Assembly (NCBI RefSeq): GCF_964204645.1
Contig: NC_134027.1
Location: forward strand, 7,534,485 to 7,598,484
Reading direction: 5' to 3'
From: Tubulanus polymorphus
Lineage: Eukaryota > Animalia > Nemertea
Length of the DNA stretch: 64,000 nucleotides
In this document: positions 52,301 to 64,000 of the stretch, piece after piece
Layout of the letters: every line of letters begins with the position of its first letter
Numbering within the stretch: position 1 is the stretch's first letter
The notes under the pieces: generated by a model
What the model was told of the DNA's origin: nothing
What the model saw: the letters and a program-made list of their open reading frames with translations, nothing else
Database searches by the model: none
Made by a program: the position numbers and the translations under genes

Positions 52301-55300
52301 TTGTCCCACGATGGTCCAAATATGTATATCCTCTTTCTGTTTTACTTATCGTTCAGATATACAGCATTTATCAGTCAGTCCGAAACCAGAGTGGTTAGCG
52401 GTCATGAATGTATCTTAGTAAGTCATGTCTCTTCAGCAATATTCATGTAACCTAGTAATTTGGGCTAAAAATGATACCTTGTTTCTCCTAATCGACCGGG
52501 TCATGTAAAATTTGTAATCAGTTCATTTATATAGCTGCCGGGCCAGTTAAGGTTAGCTTGGTCGTGATTTAAAAAAATTGTTTTGTAAAGGATACAGGCG
52601 GCCGGCCGGCTTAACTTGTAAGCTTAGCAGAAGAGAAACAAGGAATCGATATTTTAGCCTTGGTTCCTCATTTTCCCATTTCTGAAACTTTAAGAACACC
52701 GTTTGTTGAAATTTCAGTAACAGGATACAATTCCTACCAGAAGCACTTGCCACTTGTTTCTTCCTACAAAGGTTATACGCTAGTCACAACGCTCTCAAAG
52801 CGCTACCCGAAAGGTAAAGATATTTCTACAATTCCATGAGTTTACCTGGTATTATCGTTGTGCATACGGAGATTCGAAATTGATAAACGGAATATGTTCA
52901 AACTAATCAATATTTCTCGTTCTTTCTTAGAATTTTATGCGACGCCAAACAACTTCGAAGCATCCACGTAAATCATAATAACATAAGTCAACTTCCACTC
53001 GAACTCGAAGATTTCAAACTCGAAGAATTTCTTATACAACACAACAGGCTTGCAAATGTTCCAGCAAATTTCTTCAAACACGCCATAAGGTTAATTGTGA
53101 TTGAACCTTTTTAAATATCTGGATTTAAGTTTGTATAATTGTTTATTCTGTTACTCCAGATTAAAAATCTTCAACGCAAGCAAAAATCGGCTCGTTCATT
53201 TGCCTTCGCTGAACCCAACCACTGATTTGAACAAAATACAAGAACTTTATTTGTCTCACAATTATCTACAAGATGACGTCATGCGTGTAGTTTGCGGATT
53301 CAATCGTCTCAAAATATTGTACATCGCCTACAACCAGATTTATACTATACGAGACAGGTAATAGTTGAAACTCGATGAAAGTCGAGAACCAGTTCACTCA
53401 TACTAATAAACCTACTGGTACTGAAGATGAAAATCCATAACTCAAAATGATTACCATACATTCCAGTGATATATGTAGATTGGAAATGTTATTGGAATTG
53501 AATGTGTCAGGGAACCGACTAAAAGCCTTGCCTATGTCATTGCTCCAGCTACCAGCACTGGAAATATTGAGAGCGCACTCAAACCAATTATTAGAATTAC
53601 CAGACTTTTCTAAATCTTCTTCTCTAAAGGTAAATAAACGATGTACCTGTAGAAATTAGAGTTCGACACATTTCTCTCGAGTCATTCCGACGTTACAATA
53701 ATATATCACTTATTCAGGTGCTGGATGTGGCTAGTAATAAGTTTTTGAACGTCTCAGTTCCAAATCTGATGGATTCTCAGATTAGTCTTCTTGATATGTC
53801 ATGCAATGAACAGCTAAGTGTCAGCGTCGACGAGCTTCAGAGTTTACAGTAAGTAATTATGCAAGCGGCTCCATGCATCTGATTATAACTTTAAATCATA
53901 TCGATAAGTAATATCAAGAAAGAAAAATTTGGACCACTGATAATCTTCTTAGGAACAAGAAGTCGGTTACATTCGTGGATTTGACTGGCCAGAATAGACA
54001 ACTTCCTGGTGCAAATCCTTCCAAGCACGAGGTTGTTGATAGCATACTACCCTGGCAAGTGGGACTTGCTGAAACAAGTGGAACGAGAAACAAGTAAGCA
54101 GAAAAAGGTAGTGAGAAAATAATGCAGTAAATTCTGTGATAAAAATGTGGTTTATTTTCTGTTGACAACAGGTTATGCGTTGGTGTAATTAAAAAGCTAT
54201 GTTACAAGAAAGATGAAGCACTATTTGCAATGTTTGACGGTGGGCAAAACGATTTTATTCCGACTATACTTCAGAAGTCGTTCACGCGGCTGCTCGAAAG
54301 AGAAATAAAACATCCACTAACTAAAGACAAATATCTCAAATACACAATGCTTAGCGCTCATAGGTATGTGTACTATATAAACCGCCCATAAACATATTGC
54401 AGAATGATATTGATTGGATTTGTTTGAACCCGAATTACCATCTTTCAAACCTTAAATTGAAAGTGATCATGTCATTACCTTTTTTCCATTTATCTTAAGG
54501 CGATTACGATCCGCCGGCCATGGCCTGGGTGCATCTGCTACAGTGATCCATTTAGTAAAATCCGACTCGGCAAACGACGTTTACACTCTGAATCTGGCCA
54601 ATATCGGAGATACTGAAGCTGTCTTATGTCGAGGTCGGGAGGTTCTGCTTCTAACTCGTCCATTTACCGTCAGTAAAGATTACCAGGATAAAGAGCGTGT
54701 CTGCAACACGGGAGGAATCGTTACTGAGGTAAACGTTACACTACCGATGAAGCAAAAAGGACGCGAGACCCTTCTTTTTGAAGAAGTGATCTAATAACAA
54801 CCTAATAATCTGAGATATTTGCCATTTTGCCCTTCATTTTCAGGACAATAAAGTAAACGGTAGCTCGGAAATGACCCGTATGCTCGGTTGCACGTATATG
54901 CATCCTCAACTAATTCCCGATCCACATCAATGCAGTATCGCTCTCACGTCTGATGATCAGTTCATTATCCTCGCAAACAGAAATCTCTGGCGTCAGTTGT
55001 CCTATCAGGAAGCTGTAGCAGAGATCGTTCATGTTAATCACCCGGTGCTAGCGGCGAAGAAACTACAGGATTTAGCGCAGAGTTACGGTTGTAAAGAGAA
55101 CATTAGCGTACTCGTCGTGCGTCTACATCTCGGAGGCCATGTGATAGGATGTGATGATAGTTCAGAGTGCGATAGTTTAGACGAGCGATTTGGTTTAGGT
55201 ACCGTTGTGGAAGAAGACCCTTCACAATCGGAGGAGGTATCTGTTTTATTGTTTACTTTTGAGTTCCTAAGTACTTATGAATAAATAGTTCGTCAATCAG

Positions 55301-56447
55301 CTGCATGACATGCCAACATAATTGTTACGGTATAAAAAAAACGAAAGTTGTTTTCCAAATTATTTTTTAGATAATTCAGCCATTGGTGAAACATTCACCG
55401 GCTCCAAATACAAAAATGAGGCGTTTCATCAAGAAGAACCGTGTGACCGAGTGGGAGAATGTTCTACAGCACCGTCTTTCCGAAGAAGTGAAAGAGCACG
55501 AGTTGCAGTCATCCGTGAATGAGTTGATGAGCAGCGGCAGTTCTGTGGCAAAGGATAGTGATTTCAGGACATCACTGGCGGAGTTGAGTAGTTCAGATTC
55601 TCCAGATAGTCTGAATTCACATGAAAGCGTTAGCCGCAACCGAGTCGGTACTTACGATTTACGCAACGAAACAGTTGCACCATCGCGAAACAAAGTTCTA
55701 TCGGATAGCGGTGACGAAGAGAGCGGTGACGAGTTAGAGAGGATCAGCGATCATAGTCCAGTAGCAGGTACTCCTCCAGAAATACGTGTATCTTCTCTAG
55801 TTAAAGGCGATGCTCGTTGTGATTCGATCGAGAATTTAGTGAGTCACCTTAAGTCAACCAGCCGAGCAGCAGCAGATGATAACAGGGAGATGGAGAAAGT
55901 GAATGATGATACAGATGGCGATTGTCATTACGAGTCACTTGATGAATTGGATATTGATGAATCAGTTTTTGAATATGATGTGATAAATTCGACGCTCAAA
56001 GAACATTCGAAACAGGAAGAAAAAATAGCTTCGGATGCTTCTGAGCCAATCTACGCAAAGGTCGATTTAAAAAAGAAAATGTCAAAGAAGGCAGCAATGG
56101 TAACAGCAGACGCCATGAAACAACAAGAGTTGGAGGAACAAGAAGTGATGATTGATATTTCAAGTGAGTCAGGAGATTCAGATGTAGATTCAGTGCGCAT
56201 GGGTTCACTGAAAGATCGAGGTCACGTTCATGCGAAAGTAAAAGCTTATTACCATTCGGACGATTCTGAGACATTGACGCCATCATCTTCAGCTAATTCA
56301 ATATCGAGTTCTAATAGTTCTAGGTCTAGTACAACGTTACCCTCATCAGTCGTTGAAAATATTCAACAACGACTTGATCAACCAGTTACAAACAACGTTA
56401 GGGTTATGTCTCGGGTTGCAAGCATTGATATCATTACTCACCTGTAA
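49381..56447 (+). CDS. PHLPP: PH domain leucine-rich repeat protein phosphatase (RA-like, PH, LRRs, PP2C-like domain, PDZ-ligand-like C terminus)
   Basis: RA-like exon 49381-49870, PH (W..RFCAISGTRLLIY), many LxxLxLxxN repeats, SGTRNKLCV, ANIGDTEAVLCRG, AAKKLQDLAQSYG, and C-terminal ITHL. Confidence 0.93.
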
Positions 56448-57068
56448 GATTATTTACTTAGCTGGACTATTAACTTACACGATTCAGCAACAAACTTTCT
56501 ATTGATTGTATTTGATACGTTATATTGGGTGGATTAAGACCTTTCTTAAACAGTATTTTCAGTGATGTTCAAGTAAGTTTGAACATTACATAGATAATTG
56601 ATTTATATGATATATTTACCTGAATGAAATTGTTGATTCATCATAAAAAAGGATACGTAGTTGTTGAACACTTTATATAATACATTATCATGAATGAATA
56701 CGAAATACGAAATATTTGAAAACTGTGTTTTGTCTTTTTATTGTTATGAAAAACTATTCAATTCTTGAAATCGCAATTATTTCTGCTTTAAGAGATATTT
56801 CAGATTTCAAACTGACGATAAAGAAACCTCTATTCTGTTACAAATTTCACTACACATAGCATTTTATGCATTACCCAGGGCACTCAAAACTGCTTTTAGC
56901 TTTTAGCGTTTTATATCATGAACTCTTAACAACCCATGCTGATTCGGTTAATGTTTTGGAAATGCAAATATAGCGATTCGCCAATCAATGAACGAGGATC
57001 GTCTTCATTTAAGAAGACTTTAACAGTTATTACTCGACTTTCTGAAAACCATTAAAACATTTGGTATC

Positions 57069-58103
57069 ATGGAAAATGATACGATGTCAGATGAAGACCA
57101 ATGCGGATCTTTGCCTCCGGAACGATGGGATTACAGATTTAGTGTGCTGATGTATCTATGCGTGTATGGACCGATGTCTTTTATTGGTATAGTGTTGAAC
57201 ATCCTTACTATCATTGTTCTCGGTCGGATGCAGAGTATTGCTTTACATCCAGTGAAGATCTTAGCCGTATTTGATATGTTATTTTCGGTGACAGTTTTTG
57301 TTATGTATCCGATGAGGACGCTGTATATTTACTCGCGATTAGGCGATTTAGTTTTTCGTTTTGACGACTGGTGGTTCGGTGCATGGTTTATCATCTTTGC
57401 AAGGCCACTTTTCTTCACGTTTCAAATGTCCAGGAACTGGGCTGTTCCGCAGGTCAGTTTAGGCCGACTCCTTGTCATTCTCTTTCCATTGAAATCTAAA
57501 CTATTTTCAAATGTTAGAGTCTATAATATTTCGAGTGTTGTTATAACCATTATAAGCGGAATTTCATTTTGGGCATTTTATGTGCCATTAGGCAGTCCAG
57601 TAATATGGGTGCACGCTAGATGTTTTCTGAATATTGGACAAAGCGCACTTTCATTGCCAAGATTTCCAAAGATTGAATTTTATAATCAATCATTTTTCTA
57701 TGGAACTCTATTTCTGCCGACAGCATTTTTGATTATTATAAATATATCGATAATGATATCATTATTTGTGGCCAGTTCAGCTAGACATAAAATGAGTTCC
57801 GACGCATTCAGCAAAACTATGAACCAGGAGAAAAGAATTTTGAGGATGGTTACTGTAATGGTGGTTGTATTTCTGTTTTGTGAAGTTCCCGGATGTATAG
57901 ACAGACTCGGGTCTATTGTAAAAAAGAATGTATTTATTGGTTTCACTCACGATCAACTAATGATCATGAGAAAAGCATTTTTAGCTTTGACAATTCTAAA
58001 TTCCACATTAAACTTTTTCATATATTGTTCCACGAATCGCAATTTCAAAAATGTCACTATTGATATTTTATATATATTTTTGTCATTTGCACAAAAGAAG
58101 TAA
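57069..58103 (+). CDS. Intronless rhodopsin-class GPCR (FMRFamide-receptor-like / srw-like orphan), copy 1
   Basis: 344 aa with 7 hydrophobic segments; LAVFD (TM2), SRNW...SLGRL (TM3), CEVP (TM6), NSTLNFFIY (TM7). Confidence 0.9.
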   Translation: MENDTMSDEDQCGSLPPERWDYRFSVLMYLCVYGPMSFIGIVLNILTIIVLGRMQSIALHPVKILAVFDMLFSVTVFVMYPMRTLYIYSRLGDLVFRFDDWWFGAWFIIFARPLFFTFQMSRNWAVPQVSLGRLLVILFPLKSKLFSNVRVYNISSVVITIISGISFWAFYVPLGSPVIWVHARCFLNIGQSALSLPRFPKIEFYNQSFFYGTLFLPTAFLIIINISIMISLFVASSARHKMSSDAFSKTMNQEKRILRMVTVMVVVFLFCEVPGCIDRLGSIVKKNVFIGFTHDQLMIMRKAFLALTILNSTLNFFIYCSTNRNFKNVTIDILYIFLSFAQKK

Positions 58104-58979
58104 ATTCAAAATGTTCTAACCATATTGATTGAAAAAAAAGGAAATACCATTAAAAACTGTTGGCCGTAAAAGGTGATCAAATCTCGATCAGAATAGACAT
58201 ATCACAGTCGATAAAAGATTATTTTCTAACTGTAAAACATAACTGCATATAGATTCTGTTTAAGATTATGATTATTGTACGCACATGTCACCATATACCG
58301 AGACAAGAAAAAATGCTCTTCCTAAAGAACCCAAAGAAACCAATGCTGATACTTGAAACCTACACCCGCAATCAATAATGACGGAACCGTCCATGCCTGT
58401 TTCAGAAAGAAACAGAAAAAATCAAGCGATAATTCAAACTCGTATTGGTGAACTAGAAAGAAAATAACAATGTTACAATCTGTCCGTCTTAACATAAAGC
58501 ACGCAAATGATTTCAGAATCAGATTATTTCATATGTCATTATGTAAACTGTCGAAAGCTTGATAGGACAAACGAAAATGCTTCTGTTTCACGATCAAGTA
58601 ATGTGTATATCTTAATTATAAGCTGAAGTGCAAAAACTGAAAATAGAATATATTCTCAAGAGATAAGACTTATAAGTGATTGAATTCATCGTGAATCTCA
58701 TATATCACAAATACAAATTAGGTTCGAATAAACATTGTTTTATTCATCACTAGACCAAACTGTACACAGGACCCTTTCGAAAAGATTTGAGACGGCGATT
58801 ATTCACGCTTACGATTTATCATATAACGGGCAGAAAAGCCTCTTTTCTTTGCTATGAAGCTAATTTGCCTCACATACGGAAAACTGAAATCAATTTGGCA
58901 CGACATTGCTTAAAAAATATGATCCATTTCACGAATGTAAACTTGTTAAATTGTCGTTGGTAACGAGAGTAACTAACAA

Positions 58980-59335
58980 ACATAACTGATTTCGAAAAAA
59001 AGGTTTCACAATCGATCAAAAATGGCGACGTTCATGGTAAACGACATTGTGAAGTGGTGAATCCCGTGGAAAATACTACCAGACAAAATTATGCACTAAA
59101 AATGTGGTATTTTTCGGATCTTGAGTCGTTTACACAAACTTCACGCCTCTGCATTGCTTTGATTGGTGGCAGCAGGGAGGAACCGAAGAATTTGCATCTG
59201 GAATTTTGTTCCACAATGAAAAATGTTAAGATGTTAATCATCTATTACAATGTCTGTATATGCATATAGTTTCAAAATCGAATTTTGCTCCATACTAATA
59301 ACCATCACTCGAGTTAACTTTTCGCAGATCATCTT
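58980..59335 (+). repeat. Non-coding block duplicated with the GPCR unit (paralogous to ~61520-61845)
   Basis: Shared tttcacaatcgatca, cccgtggaaaatac..gacaaaa, ttttcggatcttg, catctggaatttt and cttttcgcagatc. Confidence 0.8.
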
Positions 59336-59871
59336 TTCGAATAGTTTGAAACGATGATTATCCACCGTGCTGAGTTATAATGGCATAATCGGACACAACG
59401 TGCGTCCTGTTTCGAATATCATTAAACTGTTTTGATTCAGTGAGAAATCAATATCATTCACGCTACGCATGTCTTTATGAAAATATTATTTATTTCATGT
59501 GAAGTTGCGCGGAAGGTACATAATCATTTTGTTCGATCTCGTAGCGGGCACTCTTCTGGTGGCAAATCTCAATTTCGATCAGAGGCATTTCACATATTTA
59601 TTATAATTCATCTATTTTCTTGTCATATCACTGCACTGGTTCGAGTAGGTATGTGACACAGAAGTACTCGTACTACATTAACATATGAATCTAGCCATCA
59701 AATCTTTATCCGTCGAAGGTTTTATACCGGCACTTCATTCTATAATGAGGATATATCAGTTAGCATGGAGGTTTCTCGAATGGTTCATTGAGAATAATAT
59801 GCCGTCCAGACACTGATGTTACCGTAGACTGTTTTCCTGATATTAGTTTTAATATGAATGATGCATAAAAA

Positions 59872-60903
59872 ATGGTTAACGATACGATGCCAATTATCAA
59901 ATGTGGACCACTGCCTCCGGAACGGTGGGATTACAGATTTAGTGTGCTGATGTATCTATGCGTGTATGGACCGATGTCGTTTATTGGTATAGGGTTGAAC
60001 ATCCTTACTATCATTGTCCTCGGTCGGATGCAGAGTATTGCTTTACATCCAGTGAAGATCTTAGCCGTATTTGATATGTTATTTTCGGTGACAGTTTTTG
60101 TTATGTATCCGATGAGGACGCTGTATATTTACTCGCGATTAGGCGATTTAGTTTTTCGTTTTGACGACTGGTGGTTCGGTGCATGGTTTATCATCTTTGC
60201 AAGGCCACTTTTCTTCACGTTTCAAATGTCCAGGAACTGGGCTGTTCCGCAGGTCAGTTTAGGCCGACTCCTTGTCATTCTCTTTCCATTGAAATCTAAA
60301 CTATTTTTAGATGTTAGAGTCTATAATATTTCGAGTGTAGTTTTAACAATTATAAGTGGAATTTCATTTTGGGCATTTTATGTGCCATTAGGTAGTCCAG
60401 TAATATGGGTGCACGCTAGATGTTTTCTGAATATTGGACAAAGTGCGCTTTCATTGCCAAGATTTCCAAAGATAAGATTTTATAATCTATCATTTTTCTA
60501 TGGAACTCTATTTCTTCCGACAGTATTTTTGATTATAATAAACCTTTCAATCATGATATCGTTATTTGTGGCCAGTTTAGCTAGACATAAAATGAGTTCC
60601 GATGCATCCAGCAAAACTATGAACCAGGAGAGGAGGATATTGAGGATGGTTACGATAATGGTGGTGGTATTTCTGGTGTGTGAAGTACCCGGATGTATAG
60701 ACAGACTCGGGTCTATTGTTAAAACGAATGTGTATATTGGTTTCACTCACGATCAACTAATGATCATGAGAAAAGCATTTTTAGCTTTGACAATTTTTAA
60801 TTCCACTATGAACTTTTTCATATATTGTTTCACAAATCACAATTTCAAAAACGCTACTATTGACATTTTACGCGTGTTTCTATCATTCACACAAAACAAG
60901 TAA
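59872..60903 (+). CDS. Intronless rhodopsin-class GPCR, copy 2
   Basis: 343 aa paralog with the same motifs as copy 1. Confidence 0.9.
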   Translation: MVNDTMPIIKCGPLPPERWDYRFSVLMYLCVYGPMSFIGIGLNILTIIVLGRMQSIALHPVKILAVFDMLFSVTVFVMYPMRTLYIYSRLGDLVFRFDDWWFGAWFIIFARPLFFTFQMSRNWAVPQVSLGRLLVILFPLKSKLFLDVRVYNISSVVLTIISGISFWAFYVPLGSPVIWVHARCFLNIGQSALSLPRFPKIRFYNLSFFYGTLFLPTVFLIIINLSIMISLFVASLARHKMSSDASSKTMNQERRILRMVTIMVVVFLVCEVPGCIDRLGSIVKTNVYIGFTHDQLMIMRKAFLALTIFNSTMNFFIYCFTNHNFKNATIDILRVFLSFTQNK

Positions 60904-61993
60904 ATTCAAAATGTTCTTAATTGAAAATAGTAAATACCATTAAAAACTGTTGACTGGTATATCAATCCATATTTTAGGTGCAAAAAGAGCAACGGGACAT
61001 TATTCGATATAGTGTTGTTGAATCAAGATTTCCCGAGATGCCCTAAATTCAACCTTCTTCCGGTTGCAAATATTTAAATTTTCATACAGGATTTAGAAAA
61101 TTCTTTGCATAATTCTTTAACTGCTTTTTTATCTTTTGCAAAAGAGGTGCTGATTAATCTAACCGTACAAATCAGATATAGGAAATACCATTGCAAACTT
61201 CTGGTGGTTGAAGTGGTCGAATCTCGATTAGAATAGACCACTTACCATAGGCGTTGATATAGATATGATACATAACTTCATCCAAATATCTGCTCTTTAA
61301 TCATGTAGGCCTATAGATCCTATAGAATACATTGGGACATTATATATGCATCTTAAACTATATATCAAGAACTTTGTTGTGACGGTACTGATACATGAAT
61401 AATAATTCGTCCGGAATCGCCTACATTCTTGGCTGGTTTGTTTTTCAACTGCCTGTATTATCTGGAGTTTGAATGATATGTTAGGTTTGAATTAATGATA
61501 ATACCCGTAACTTACTAACATAATTGATTTCTGAGACGTTTTCACAATCGATCAGAAATTGCGAAGTCCATGGTTAAAGACATTCTCCCGTGGAAAATAC
61601 CACGAGACAAAACTATGCAGTAAAAATGTGGACTTTTTCGGATCTTGGGTCGTTTGTACAAACTCTGCTTACGCCCCTGCATTGCTTTAACTGGTTGGAA
61701 GAGGAATGGACTGAAGAACTTTCATCTGGAATTTTGTCCCACTATGAAGAACATATGTATGTTAAGGTTCAGTATGCAGTCAGTGTCAAAATCGAATTTC
61801 CTCCATACTAATAGCCACCACTGGAGTTCACTTTTCGCAGATCCACTTCACTTTATAACGAGGATACCGGTATAGGTTACCACGAAGGTTTATCGAATGG
61901 TTCATTAAGAATAATATGGGAATAATATGCTGTCTAATCACTGATGTTACCGTAGACTGTTTTCCTGATACTACACACATAAAAAGTACTAAA

Positions 61994-63004
61994 ATGGTTA
62001 ATGATACGATGCCAATTATCGAATGTGGACCACTGCCTCCGGAACGATGGGATTACAGATTTAGTGTACTGATGTATCTATGCGTGTATGGACCGATGTC
62101 GTTTATTGGTATAGTGTTGAACATCCTCACCATCATTGTCCTCGGTCGGATGCAGAGTATCGCTTTGTATCCAGTGAAGATCTTAGCCGTATTTGATATG
62201 TTATTTTCGGTGACAGTTTTTGTTATGTATCCGATGAGGACGCTGTATATTTACTCGCGATTAGGAGATTTAGTTTTTCGTTTCGACGACTGGTGGTTCG
62301 GTGCATGGTTTATCATCTTTGCGAGGCCACTTTTCCCCACGTTTCAAATGTCCAGGAACTGGGCTGTTCCGCAGGTAAGTTTAGGCCGACTCCTTGTCAT
62401 TCTCTTTCCATTGAAATCTAAACTATTTTTAGATGTTAGAGTCTATAATATTTCGAGTGTTGTTATAACCAGTACAAGTGGAAATTCATTTTGGGCATTT
62501 TTTGTACCATTAGGCAGTCCAGTAATGTGGGTGCACGCTAGATGTTTTCTGAATATTGGACAAAGTGCACTTTCATTGCCAAGATTTCCAACGCTTCACT
62601 TCTATCATTTATCATTTTTCTATTGAACTCTATTTCTGCCGACAGTATTTTTGATTGTACTAAACCTTTCAATCGTGATATCGTTATTTGTGACCAGTTT
62701 AGCTAGACATAAAATGAGTTCCGATACATCCAGTAAAACTATGATCCAGGAGAGGAGGATATTGAGGATGATTACGGTAATGGTGATTGTATTTCTGGTT
62801 TGTGAAGTACCCGGGTGTATAGACAGGCTCGGGCTCGTTATAAAAAAGAATGTGTATGTTGGTTTTACTTACGATCAACTAATGATTATGAGAAAAGCAT
62901 TTTTAGCTTTGACAATTCTTAATTCCACATTAAACTTTTTCATACATTGTTTCACAAATTGTAGTTTAAAAAATGTTTCAATTGATATTCTATGTATAAG
63001 TTAG
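61994..63004 (+). pseudogene. GPCR copy 3 with in-frame premature stop
   Basis: GGA (Gly) in copies 1/2 is TGA at 62624-62626; the frame continues to TAG at 63004; extra non-conservative changes in TM3/TM4/TM7. Confidence 0.8.
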
Positions 63005-64000
63005 TGTTGTTCAAATTTTCAATTACTATAATCACAGATCACTCTGGTGATACCGCAAAAAAATTAACAATAGAAATTGTTTCTTAGCAGCACAACTCCT
63101 AAAGGTGGGCGTAGGCCGGCCTTGTGACCGCTTACGACTCACTGCGACGCGATTCACTGCTCCCGCCAGCGACGACCGACCCTACGCTCCCTTGTGACTG
63201 TCGCACATGTTATACTTTCTGCGACGCGACGCCACCGTCGCAACCGACCTACGCGCTCTTGCGACTGGGAGCGACGCGATTTTTTCCAGTAATACTGGAG
63301 ATTTGAAACCACAATGGTAATGAGATGCGTTCTGATTTCAATTTCGTATTCTATACCATATATAATCATTCATATTAGCGCTTATAACGCTACACACGAG
63401 GAAAGGAAAGGGAAACCCTTAACAGATTTTCAAAATGTATTCAGTCTTGTGTTTTGTATAACAGTTTATTGAAAATCTAAAAAGTTTGATTTTTCCCCGA
63501 CGTTTAAGACAGGTCCTCAGTGAAGTCTCAGGGTGCTACTTCATTTGTTACAAAACATTTCTTTGATGAGAGAATGTAATCCCAGGAAAATCTTGAAATC
63601 GAAAAAAGTCTTCTTCATTGTCGCGCCTTAGAACTATCAGGAATAGATTTAGTTTTAGAAACGATGATTTGCTTCAGAAGTTAACCACTGATATCGCACA
63701 TTATGACGAGAAAGCTTGTAAAAACGTTGAACTGTTGTTCATCACGCCGGCATCAAATAGTTTAATGATGCGCCGATGAACCGAGGTAGATAAAGTTGAT
63801 AACACTGATCTCTGGTTCCCCACATGAATTTTCGTGTTGAATCAATCGTTGGGGCTCTTTTAACACAACATCAAGTGTGAATATGACAATTTTTCGGAGA
63901 TTGACCATTGAACGCAGAGTGGAAATGTCTTGATAATATTCCAGATGTCAAATCTATTTCATAACTCCGACTAATACATACATATATCGAATTTTGTCCG

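Noticed and set aside
57698-60746. Paralogous 82-aa antisense ORFs inside GPCR copies 1 and 2
   Set aside because: Shadow ORFs of the duplicated sense coding sequence.
63110-63285. GC-rich cgac/gtcg-repeating stretch after the GPCR array
   Set aside because: Looks like a transposon fragment, but its ends could not be delimited.

Overview
AT-rich, intron-dense eukaryotic DNA from an invertebrate animal. It is probably a spiralian/lophotrochozoan, inferred from gene content; most introns are 60-170 nt. In order the window holds: the first exon of a LIM-domain (hillarin-like) gene (-), TPPP/p25 (+), CEP72/LRRC36-like (-, with a U12-type intron), a stand-alone Schlafen/AlbA_2 protein (+), Rab29/Rab7L1 (+), HDAC6 (-), aminoacylase-1 (-), an M14A carboxypeptidase (-), PHLPP (+), and three tandem intronless rhodopsin-class GPCRs (+), the third with a nonsense codon. 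There are also several MITEs, tRNA-derived SINE-like fragments and a (TA)n tract. The main observation is that catalytic domain 1 of HDAC6 has two pairs of equal-length tandem duplicated exons that look mutually exclusive. They swap specificity residues: DDVY vs DSVY in loop L2, and gatekeeper E (GCPE) vs K (GDLK). One gene could therefore make either an HDAC10/polyamine-deacetylase-like or an HDAC6-CD1-like active site. The neighbouring ACY1 gene also has a duplicated active-site exon pair. All gene models were built by eye from translation and splice signals; no database searches or transcript data were used.
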